64,000 nt of DNA from Planctomycetota bacterium. Lineage in GTDB: Bacteria; Planctomycetota; UBA1135; UBA2386. Under the pieces are notes generated by a model, which saw only the letters and a program-made list of their open reading frames with translations, did not search any database and was not told where the DNA came from. Made by a program: the position numbers and the translations under genes. The DNA lies in NCBI GenBank assembly GCA_965223545.1, contig OZ245006.1, forward strand, positions 1,376,001-1,440,000, given 5' to 3'. Below, piece by piece: positions 10,538 through 18,747 of the stretch (within the stretch, counting starts at the first letter, position 1; each line of letters begins with the position of its first letter).

Positions 10538-10882
10538 TCAACCGCCGTACAGCGCCTCGGCTTTGGCGGCGAAGACGAAGTCGCTCTCGGTCAGGCCGTC
10601 GATCTTGTGGGTCTAAACGTCGACCCGAACCACGCCCCACGCCAAGTACAGATCGGGGTGGTGCCCCTGCTCCTCGGCCATCGCGCCGACGCGGTTGGTG
10701 TAGGCCAGCGCGGCCGCAAAGTCCTCGAAGCGGAAGGTCTTGCTCAGGTGGTGGCCATCGACTACCTGCCATTCGGCGCCCAGTCGCTGCAACAGCGCGG
10801 CCCGGGCATCCGCCGCCAGTGGTGGCACACCACCGCGGCACGGCACGCAGCTCTGGTCGGCGAGAGGCTCGATGTCGGCCAT
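10538..10882 (-). pseudogene. phhB: Pterin-4-alpha-carbinolamine dehydratase with in-frame TAG at 10613-10615
   Basis: CVPCRGG, GHHPDL motifs; after TAG the frame continues THKIDGLTESDFVFAAKAEALYGG to TGA at 10538. Confidence 0.8.
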
Positions 10883-10917
10883 TGGGGTCTGATGGGTTGG
10901 TCGCGCGGCAAGAGGGG

Positions 10918-10993
10918 TGGTGAGGGCGGAAGGACTCGAACCTTCGACCAGCGGCTTAAAAGGCCGATGCTCTACCAACTGAGCTACGCCCCC
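10918..10993 (-). tRNA. tRNA-Lys (anticodon TTT)
   Basis: 76-nt cloverleaf GGGGGCGTAGCTCAGTTGGTAGAGCATCGGCCTTTTAAGCCGCTGGTCGAAGGTTCGAGTCCTTCCGCCCTCACCA with encoded CCA. Confidence 0.97.
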
Positions 10994-11124
10994 GAGATCG
11001 TCGGGACGCACGCCATGAGAGGCGCCCGCGACCGGGCTTCGCAGAGTCAAGCGCGCGCGGCGGGGATTCGCAAGCCGACCGCCGTCGTTTTCGCGACCGC
11101 GGCGGGCCGCGCGGAGTGCGGCGG

Positions 11125-11691
11125 TCAGTCCTCCATGATCTCGGAGGACTTCTTCTTCAACACTTCGTCGACGCGCGCTTCGCCGCGCTTCAACGCCTCC
11201 TGCACCGAGTCGTGCAGGTCCCGGTTGAGGTCCTCCGACAGCTGGCCGTCTTTCAGGGCCTGGTCGGCGTGTTTGTTGGCGTCGCGCCGCTCGTTGCGCA
11301 GCGCGACCCGACACCCCTCGGACAGCTCCTTGACCTTCGCCACCAGCTTCACGCGCTGCTCCTCCGACAGCGGCGGCATGGTCAGCCGCAGAACCTTGCC
11401 GTCGGAGCTCGGCGTCAGGCCGAGGTCGGACTTGAGGATCGCCCGCTCCATCTCCTTGAGCGCGCTCTGATCGAACGGCTTGAGCAGCAGCTGGCGGGGC
11501 TCCGGCACCGAGATGTGGGCCAGTTGCTGGAGCGGAGTCGGCGAGCCGTAGTAGTCGACCTTGATCGTGTCGACCAACGCCGGCGACGCCCGCCCGGTGC
11601 GGATGGTGCGCAACTGCTCGATCAAGTGTTGGATCGACTTCTCGATCTTTTCCTCGAGCTGGCTGAGGATCTGTTTCGAGGTCTCTTCCAT
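11125..11691 (-). CDS. frr: Ribosome recycling factor
   Basis: IRTGRASP, VDYYGSPTPL, PPLSEEQR, LRNERRDAN; canonical position after pyrH. Confidence 0.97.
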   Translation of the reverse strand: MEETSKQILSQLEEKIEKSIQHLIEQLRTIRTGRASPALVDTIKVDYYGSPTPLQQLAHISVPEPRQLLLKPFDQSALKEMERAILKSDLGLTPSSDGKVLRLTMPPLSEEQRVKLVAKVKELSEGCRVALRNERRDANKHADQALKDGQLSEDLNRDLHDSVQEALKRGEARVDEVLKKKSSEIMED

Positions 11692-11722
11692 AGCTGACGC
11701 CGTTATACCGGACCGGCGCAGG

Positions 11723-12448
11723 TCAGTCGTCGGGAATCACCCACGTACCGATCGACTCGCCGCGCACCGCCCGCTCGACGTTGCCGTCGACGAACATGTC
11801 GAACACCATGATCGGCATTCGGTTCTCCATGCACAGCGTGAACGCCGTGCGATCCATGACGCGCAGGTCTTGGTCGAGCGCCGACTTGAACGTGATCCGG
11901 TCGATCTTGGTCGCGCTCGGGTCGAGCACCGGGTCGGCGGTGTAGACGCCGTCCACCTTGGTCGCCTTGAGCAGCAGATCGACCTCGAGCTCGGTGGCGC
12001 GCAGCGCCGCGGCAGTGTCGGTGGTGAAGTACGGGTTGCCGGTGCCGCCGGCGAGAATGACCACGCGGTCCTTCTCGAGGTGCCGTATCGCCCGCCGGCG
12101 GATGTAGGGCTCCATGAAGGTCTTCATCTCCATGGCCGACGCGGCGCGGGTCTCGATCCCACGCCGCTCGAGAGCATCTTGCAGGGCGAGGCAGTTGATC
12201 GCGGTCGCCAGCATTCCCATCTGGTCGGCGGTCGCCCGGCCCGTGCCGTGACGGGCGAACTCGGCACCGCGCACGAGATTGCCGGCGCCGCAGACCACCG
12301 CGATCTGCACCCCGGCGGCCCGCGCCCGACCGATCTGTTCGGCGACGCCGGCGACGACTTCGGGTGACAACCCGGCCGCACCGGGCTCCGCCAAGCTCTC
12401 CCCGCTGATTTTGAGCAGGACCCGGCGGATCTGCTGGGGGCGGCCCAC
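11723..12448 (-). CDS. pyrH: UMP kinase
   Basis: RVLLKISGE, ADQMGMLAT, GTGNPYFTTDTAAALRA. Confidence 0.97.
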   Translation of the reverse strand: MGRPQQIRRVLLKISGESLAEPGAAGLSPEVVAGVAEQIGRARAAGVQIAVVCGAGNLVRGAEFARHGTGRATADQMGMLATAINCLALQDALERRGIETRAASAMEMKTFMEPYIRRRAIRHLEKDRVVILAGGTGNPYFTTDTAAALRATELEVDLLLKATKVDGVYTADPVLDPSATKIDRITFKSALDQDLRVMDRTAFTLCMENRMPIMVFDMFVDGNVERAVRGESIGTWVIPDD

Positions 12449-12454
12449 CGCGGA

Positions 12455-13063
12455 TCAGTCCCCGCCCAGTTCGAACCGGGCAAACCGACTGATCTGGATG
12501 TTCTCGCCGATCTTGGCCACCAGCTGCTGGCGCATCTGGTCGACCGTGATCTTGTCGTCCTTGACCCAGGGCTGATCCATCAGGCAACGCTCGGCGAAGA
12601 ACTTCTCCATCCGGCCGGCGACCGCCTTGTCGATCACCTCCTGCGGCTTGCCCTGCATGTTCTCTTGCGCTTGCTCGACGAGGATGCGCCGCTCGTCCTC
12701 CACCGCCGCGTCCGGAATGTCGTCACGGCGCAGACCGAGCGGGTTGGCAAAGGCGATGTGCAGGCAGAGATCCTTGCCGAACTGCTGGAAGTCCTCGTTG
12801 CGCGCGACGAAGTCGGTCTCGCACGACACCGCTGCCATCACGCCCAGCCGGCCGGGCGGATGCACGTAGGTGAACACGAGCCCCTCGGCGGCCTCGCGGC
12901 CGGCCTTCTTGGCCGCGGTCTGCAGGCCCTTCTTGCGCAGGATCTCGGCGGCCCGGTCCATGTCGCCCTCGGCCTCCTTGAGGGCGGCCTTGCAGTCCAT
13001 CATCGGGGCGCCGGTCTGCTTGCGCAGCGCCATCACCGTCTTGGCATCGATCTCGACCATCAT
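12455..13063 (-). CDS. tsf: Elongation factor Ts (short form)
   Basis: LRKQTGAPMMDCKAAL, CETDFVARN; ~200 aa; GGAG SD upstream. Confidence 0.95.
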   Translation of the reverse strand: MMVEIDAKTVMALRKQTGAPMMDCKAALKEAEGDMDRAAEILRKKGLQTAAKKAGREAAEGLVFTYVHPPGRLGVMAAVSCETDFVARNEDFQQFGKDLCLHIAFANPLGLRRDDIPDAAVEDERRILVEQAQENMQGKPQEVIDKAVAGRMEKFFAERCLMDQPWVKDDKITVDQMRQQLVAKIGENIQISRFARFELGGD

Positions 13064-13183
13064 TTCATTCTCCTGGAGGCGGGACAGCCCGCCGCCCTCG
13101 TGCAAAGTACGCTCGTAGCATCGGCGCGAATCCAGCGCCGCACCGCCGCGGCGCGGAGAGCTGGATCCTCGATCGCGACGCGG

Positions 13184-14335
13184 TCACTCTTGCGGCTTGC
13201 TCTCGCCACCCTCGGGCGCGGCGCTCTCGGTGGCCGGCGCCGCCTGTGTCGGCTCCGCGGGCGCGGGCGTCTCAGGCGCCTCTGCCGGGGACGCCTCTGC
13301 AGCGGGCGCCTCTGCCGGGGGCGCCGCCGCAGCTTCCGCGCCGGGCGCTGCCTCGACCGCCGGGGCCGGAGCCGGAGCCGCTTCGCTCGCAGCCGGTGGT
13401 GCCTGCTCGCCAGCGGCACCGACCCGCTCGCCAGCGCCACCCACCGACACCGAATCGGCGTGGCCGCCGTGGCGATCGGCGAACCGGCCGGTCGACTGGC
13501 GCGACGGCCGGCCACCGCCGGCACCCGGACGCCCACCACCGGAGCGGCGCGGCGGCCGCCCGCCGGGCTGCTGCTGGCGGCGCCCCGGAGCGGCGCGCGC
13601 ACGCAGATCGTCCTGCGCCGCCTGCTGCGCCTGGGCCGCCGCCTGCTCGTCCATGTTGGCCCGCCCCTCGATCACGGCATCCGCCAGCCGCGACATCAGG
13701 AGCTTGACCGAGCTCATGGCGTCGTCGTTGCCGGGAATCACGATGTCGGCGCGGTCGGGGTCACAGTCCGTGTCGAGGATGCAGATGACCGGCACGTTCA
13801 TGCGCTCGGCCTCGCGCACACAGTTGTCCTCGCGGCGCGGATCGATGACGACGATGGCGCCGGGCAATCCGTGCAGATCGCGCACCCCCTCGAGGTTGCG
13901 GCTGATCTTGCGCATCTCGCGACGCAGCGTCGCCTGGTCCTTCTTCTTGTAGCGCGCCATCGAGCCGTCGGCCTCCATCGCCTCGAGCTCTTCGAGCCGC
14001 GCCAACCGCTCGCGCACGGTGTTGAAGTTGGTCAGGGTGCCGCCGATCCAACGCTCGGTCACCGCGGGCATGCCGCAGCGCTTGGCCTCGGCCTCCACCA
14101 CGCTGCGAATCTGCCGCTTGGTGCCCAGGAACATCACCTGCGCACCGGACGAAGCGAGCCGCCGGACGAAGTGGCACGCCTGGTACAAGCCGCGGATCGT
14201 CTCCTGGAGGTTGATGGTATGGATCTTGTGCCGCTTGCCGTAGATGTACGGACGCATCTTCGGGTTCCAGCGGGCGGCCTGGTGTCCGAAGTGGACGCCG
14301 GCTTCGATCAATTCCTGAACGGTGACGATCGGCAC
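13184..14335 (-). CDS. rpsB: 30S ribosomal protein S2 with long low-complexity C-terminal extension
   Basis: EAGVHFGH, WNPKM, RWIGGTLTNF, IPGNDDA. Confidence 0.97.
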   Translation of the reverse strand: MPIVTVQELIEAGVHFGHQAARWNPKMRPYIYGKRHKIHTINLQETIRGLYQACHFVRRLASSGAQVMFLGTKRQIRSVVEAEAKRCGMPAVTERWIGGTLTNFNTVRERLARLEELEAMEADGSMARYKKKDQATLRREMRKISRNLEGVRDLHGLPGAIVVIDPRREDNCVREAERMNVPVICILDTDCDPDRADIVIPGNDDAMSSVKLLMSRLADAVIEGRANMDEQAAAQAQQAAQDDLRARAAPGRRQQQPGGRPPRRSGGGRPGAGGGRPSRQSTGRFADRHGGHADSVSVGGAGERVGAAGEQAPPAASEAAPAPAPAVEAAPGAEAAAAPPAEAPAAEASPAEAPETPAPAEPTQAAPATESAAPEGGESKPQE

Positions 14336-14609
14336 GTGAATCTGCCTTGGCGATGAGGCTAGGAGGGGAAATGAGGGCGAAACATCCTATGCCGGGCAGG
14401 GTAGCGGTCAAGACCGGGCTTTTCAGTTCCGCGGGCCCCGTTAGACTGGGGGCCCAACCGGTCACCGACGGCCAGGGTCGCCCCCGCGTCACGGGAGGGG
14501 GGCGTGCGCTCGAACCCGTGTGGTCCGCCGCCACACGCTTCCTCGACGGGGCTCGCGACCAGTGATCAAGACCGACACCTTCAGATCGACCGCATCCCCC
14601 GTCCCGCGC

Positions 14610-15638
14610 ATGTCCGCCCAGCCGCCGACGCCCACTCCGCCCGGCCGCGGTGCGCCCGTGCTGGTCCTCAACCACCAGCGCGAGGCCTGCGAGGCCCTGC
14701 TCACCGAGCTCGAGCGGGCCGGCTTCGAAACCCGGCTCAGCAGCTCGATCGCGGCCACCAAGGAGCTCTTGGAGTCCGGCGCGCTGCGCGGCGATGGCCG
14801 CCCCGGGGTCGCCCTCCTGCGGCCGGTCGCGCTGGTCCCCGGCGGCGCCGAGACCTCCCTCCTCAACCGGCTGCTGCAGGATGTGCCGGGGCTGCCGGTG
14901 ATCTTCGTCGTCGACAACGTCGCCGACCTCGACCTGGCGCAGGCGCTGCACCTGCCGTTCTGCGACTTCGTGCTGCGGCCGCACTCGGCCTCGGAGCTGG
15001 TGCGGCGGGTCGAGCGCGCGCGCCGCGACCAACGCGAGGTGATGCGCCTGCAGCAGCTGGCGCGCGACCTCGAAGGTCAGGTGAGCGTCGACTTCAAGAC
15101 CGGCCTGCTCAGCGAGCGCCACCTCGGCAGCGTGCTGCAGGCCGAGTGCAACCGCGCGCAGCGGCATCACTTGCCACTGTCGCTGCTGCTGGTCGACGTC
15201 GACAACTTCAAGGGAATCAACGACACCACGGAGTACGCGTTCGGCGACGTGGTCTTGGCCGAGGTCGCGCGGGTGCTCAAGGAGAACACCCGTGAGAGCG
15301 ACTACGCGGCCCGCTTCGGCGGCGACGAGTTCGTCCTCGTGCTGCCGCACACGACTTCGGCCGAGGCGGTGAAGACCGCGGTCCGCATCCGCACCAAGAT
15401 CGCCGCCCTGGTCGTGCGCAACGGCAGCTACAGCCACCGCCCGACGGTGTCGATCGGCATCGACACCTTCGACGGCCAGGGCACCACCACCCCGACCGAG
15501 CTGCGCCGCCGCGCCAACAAGGCGCTGCACGAAGCCAAACGCCGCGGCAAGGATCAGGTGTGGCTGTTCTCCGGCGACGACCGGGGCGCCGCGCCGCGCG
15601 GCGAGGAGTCCGCGGCGGAAGCCGCCGGCGACAGCTGA
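14610..15638 (+). CDS. Diguanylate cyclase with degenerate receiver domain (start uncertain, 14562 or 14610)
   Basis: DVDNFKGIND, RESD I-site, ARFGGDEF. Confidence 0.88.
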   Translation: MSAQPPTPTPPGRGAPVLVLNHQREACEALLTELERAGFETRLSSSIAATKELLESGALRGDGRPGVALLRPVALVPGGAETSLLNRLLQDVPGLPVIFVVDNVADLDLAQALHLPFCDFVLRPHSASELVRRVERARRDQREVMRLQQLARDLEGQVSVDFKTGLLSERHLGSVLQAECNRAQRHHLPLSLLLVDVDNFKGINDTTEYAFGDVVLAEVARVLKENTRESDYAARFGGDEFVLVLPHTTSAEAVKTAVRIRTKIAALVVRNGSYSHRPTVSIGIDTFDGQGTTTPTELRRRANKALHEAKRRGKDQVWLFSGDDRGAAPRGEESAAEAAGDS

Positions 15639-15661
15639 CGCCCGAGGACCGCCCCCCGGAG

Positions 15662-16633
15662 ATGACCGACGCCACCGAGTCGACGGATTGGCTGCAGGCC
15701 GTGCACGAGGCAGCAACGCGGATCGCCGACTGCGTGCGCGAGACGCCCTGCGAGTCGTCCCCGTCGCTGAGCGCCGCCGGCGGCGGTCGCGTGCAGCTCA
15801 AGCTCGAGAACCAACAGCGCACCGGCTCGTTCAAGCTGCGCGGCGCCAGCAACAAGATTCTCGGCCTACCGCCGGCGGCACGCGCGCGCGGCGTGATCGC
15901 CGCCTCCTCCGGCAACCACGGTCTCGGTGTCGCCGACGCCGCGGCCCGCGCCGACGCCACAGCGCTCGTGTTCGTTCCCGACGCCACGCCGGCCTACAAG
16001 TGCGAGGCCATCGCGGCGCGCGGCGCCACGGTGCGCCGCGCCGGCACCGACTGCGTCGAGACCGAGGCGATCGCGCGCCGTCACGCCGAGGCCGAAGGTG
16101 CCACCTACGTCTCGCCATACAACGATCGCGCGGTGATCGCCGGCCAGGGCACGGTCGGCCTCGAGCTGCACCGTCAACTGCAGCGGCTCGACGCGGTGTT
16201 CGTCGCGCTCGGGGGCGGCGGCCTGATCTCCGGCATCGGCATCGCCCTGCGCGCGCTGCGCCCCGACTGCGACATCATCGCCTGCTCGCCAGCCGCTTCG
16301 CCGGTGATGCACGCCTCCCTGACCGCCGGCCACATCATCGAAATGCCGACCGATGCCACCCTGTCCGACTCCACCGCCGGCGGCGTCGAGCCGGGCTCGA
16401 TCACCTTCGACCTCTGCCGCAAGGTCATCCACCGCAGCGTGACCGTCGACGAGGACCAGATCGCCACCGCGATGCGCTGGATGATCGAACGCGACCACCA
16501 GCTGGTCGAGGGCGCCGCGGGCGTCGCCGTCGCCGGCTACCAATCCCTGGCGGACGAGTACCGCGACGCCGACGTCGCCATCGTTCTCTGCGGCGCCAAC
16601 ATCGGCCTCGACGCCCTCCGCCAAGTCCTCTAG
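15662..16633 (+). CDS. Threonine/serine dehydratase (PLP-dependent, no regulatory domain)
   Basis: KLENQQRTGSFKLRGA, SSGNHG, GGGGLISG. Confidence 0.9.
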   Translation: MTDATESTDWLQAVHEAATRIADCVRETPCESSPSLSAAGGGRVQLKLENQQRTGSFKLRGASNKILGLPPAARARGVIAASSGNHGLGVADAAARADATALVFVPDATPAYKCEAIAARGATVRRAGTDCVETEAIARRHAEAEGATYVSPYNDRAVIAGQGTVGLELHRQLQRLDAVFVALGGGGLISGIGIALRALRPDCDIIACSPAASPVMHASLTAGHIIEMPTDATLSDSTAGGVEPGSITFDLCRKVIHRSVTVDEDQIATAMRWMIERDHQLVEGAAGVAVAGYQSLADEYRDADVAIVLCGANIGLDALRQVL

Positions 16634-16660
16634 AAAGTACCGAGTCAGGCTCGATTTTCT
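16632..16660. repeat. Single REP-like hairpin
   Basis: AGAAAGTACCGAGTCAGGCTCGATTTTCT; same GTAC-stem-A-stem core as the arms of the 28823-28919 palindrome. Confidence 0.45.
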
Positions 16661-16742
16661 CGCTTCCGCGCACCGCCCACCCGTCGTCCCGCTGATCGGC
16701 TCGCCTTCCGCGGCGCAGTCTTCTAGTGTTCGCGGCAACGGC

Positions 16743-18001
16743 ATGCAAACGGCACCCACGGACCACTGGATCAACGACCTGGTCAACTGGCTCGGGCTGG
16801 GCACCTGGGCGACGCAGGCGCTCGCCGTCAGCGTGCTGCTGGCGGCGTGTGCGCTGTGCGCGGCGCTGTCGCGCTTCGTGGCGTTCGCTCTCGTGCGACG
16901 GGCCATCCGCCGGACTCAGTTCCGCTGGGACGACGCTTTCGTCGATCACGGTTTCCTGCGCTGGCTGTCCTGGGTGCCCGCGGCCCTGGTCGCGCAATCG
17001 GTGGCCGCCGCGTTGCCGCAGATCGAGGGGGTCACCCTCGATGTCATCGATCGCACCGCATCCGCGTTCTTGGTGTTCGCCTGCATGATGACGCTGAGCG
17101 CACTGCTCACCGCGCTGCACGCGATCTACCAAGAGCTCGAAGTCGCCCGCTCGAGACCGCTCAAGGGCTACGTACAGATCGGCAAGATCCTCGTGCACGT
17201 CATCGGCACGGTCGTCCTGATCTCGGCGGTGATGCGCGAAGACCCGTGGCAGATGCTGACCGGCATCGGCGCGATGACGGCGGTCCTGCTGCTGATCTTC
17301 AAGGACACGATCCTGTCGCTGGTCGCCTCGATCCAGCTCAGCTCGACCGACATGGTGCGCGTCGGCGATTGGGTCGAGCTGCCGCAGTTCGGCGCGGACG
17401 GCGATGTCATCGACATCTCGCTGCACACCGTCAAGATCCAGAACTGGGACAAGACGATCACCACGTGCCGACCTACAGCCTGGTGTCCGGCAGCTTCAAG
17501 AACTGGCGCGGCATGCAGGAGAGCGGCGGCCGCCGCATCAAGCGCTCGCTGCACGTCGACGTCGCGTCGGTGCGCTTCCTCGATGAGGACGACGTCGAAC
17601 GGTTCTCGCAGTTCCGACTGCTGCAGGGCTACATCGCCGGCAAGCGGGCGGCGCTGGCCGAGTCCGCGCAGAACCAGGGTGAAGCCGCCGAAATCCCGGC
17701 CAACAAACGACGACTGACCAACCTCGGCACGTTTCGCGCCTACATCATCGCGTATCTGCGCAACCACCCCGAGGTGCATCCGTACATGACGTTTCTCGTG
17801 CGGCAGCTCGAGCCGGGGCCGCAAGGGGTGCCGTTGGAGATCTACGTGTTCAGCAAAGTCACGCGCTGGGTCGACTACGAGGCGATCCAGGCCGACATCT
17901 TCGATCACCTCCTGGCGATCGCACCCGAGTTCGAGCTGCGCGTATTCCAGTCCCCGTCGAGCGGCGACCTCGCCGCGCTGGCGCGGGAGCAGCCGGCGTG
18001 A
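16743..18001 (+). pseudogene. ybdG: MscS-family mechanosensitive channel (YbdG-like), frameshifted near 17465
   Basis: FKDTILSLVASIQL and TVKIQNWDKTITT in one frame; PTYSLVSGSFKNWRGMQESGGRRIKRS and TNLGTFRAY in another; one G missing at ACC ACG (G)TG CCG. Confidence 0.85.
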
Positions 18002-18747
18002 ACCTGATCTTGCTGCGCGCCGACGAACTCGGCGGCGACGGCTTGGTCCAGCTGTCCGGTGCGCGCGCCGATCACGTGCGCGACGTCCTGCGCGCCCGCC
18101 CCGGGGACTACCTGCGCATCGGCGTCGAGGACGGAGCGCTGGGCGACGCCGAAGTCGCGGCCATCGACGGCAGCGACATCACCTTGCGCTGCACGCTGCA
18201 CGACACGCCACCGCGACCGCGCGATGTGCTCTTGCTGGCGATCCCGCGACCCCGCGTCCTGACGCGCTGCCTCGAACACGCCGCCGCCCTCGGCTTTGGG
18301 CGGATCATCCTGTTCCGCAGCTGGCGGGTCGACAAGAGCCACGTGCTGGCCAGTGCACTCGGGAACGAGGCTTGTTCGGCGGCTCTGCGCCGCGGGCTCA
18401 GCCAGGCGCGGCGCACGCACTTGCCGGCAGTCGCCCGCTATGACCGCTTCAAACCGTTCGTCGAGGACGAGCTCGACCAGCTGCTGCCGGCCGACAACCG
18501 CTTCGTCGCCGACCCCGGCGCCACGGTCGCGGCAGGCGAAGCCAACGTCACCGAAAACCCACTGGCCCTGGTGATCGGCCCCGAGCGCGGCTTGCTCGAC
18601 TACGAGGTCTCACTCCTCGCGCAGCACGGCTTCGCCCCCGTGCACGCGGGCCCGCATCCCCAACGCGTGGAGGTCGCGGTCCCGCTCGTCTACGGCCAGC
18701 TCTCGCTGCGCCGCACCGGCGCCCCTGCTACTGGGCGCCGATCGTGA
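17998..18747 (+). CDS. rsmE: RsmE-family 16S rRNA (uracil-N3)-methyltransferase
   Basis: HVRDVLR, LLAIPRP, LVIGPERG SPOUT motifs; GTGA overlap with upstream stop. Confidence 0.8.
   Translation: MNLILLRADELGGDGLVQLSGARADHVRDVLRARPGDYLRIGVEDGALGDAEVAAIDGSDITLRCTLHDTPPRPRDVLLLAIPRPRVLTRCLEHAAALGFGRIILFRSWRVDKSHVLASALGNEACSAALRRGLSQARRTHLPAVARYDRFKPFVEDELDQLLPADNRFVADPGATVAAGEANVTENPLALVIGPERGLLDYEVSLLAQHGFAPVHAGPHPQRVEVAVPLVYGQLSLRRTGAPATGRRS

Noticed and set aside
10613..10615. Genome-wide amber recoding or pyrrolysine
   Set aside because: TAG is the true stop of several genes here (e.g. 16633, 23212, 24366); no pyl genes or suppressor tRNA are seen, and the neighbouring tRNA is a normal Lys-TTT.
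10918..10993. tRNA-Lys as a prophage or island attachment site
   Set aside because: No integrase, no duplicated tRNA 3' end noticed, and flanking genes are housekeeping.
14336..14520. rpsB leader regulatory RNA
   Set aside because: Plausible from position, but I could not identify a conserved structure from sequence alone.
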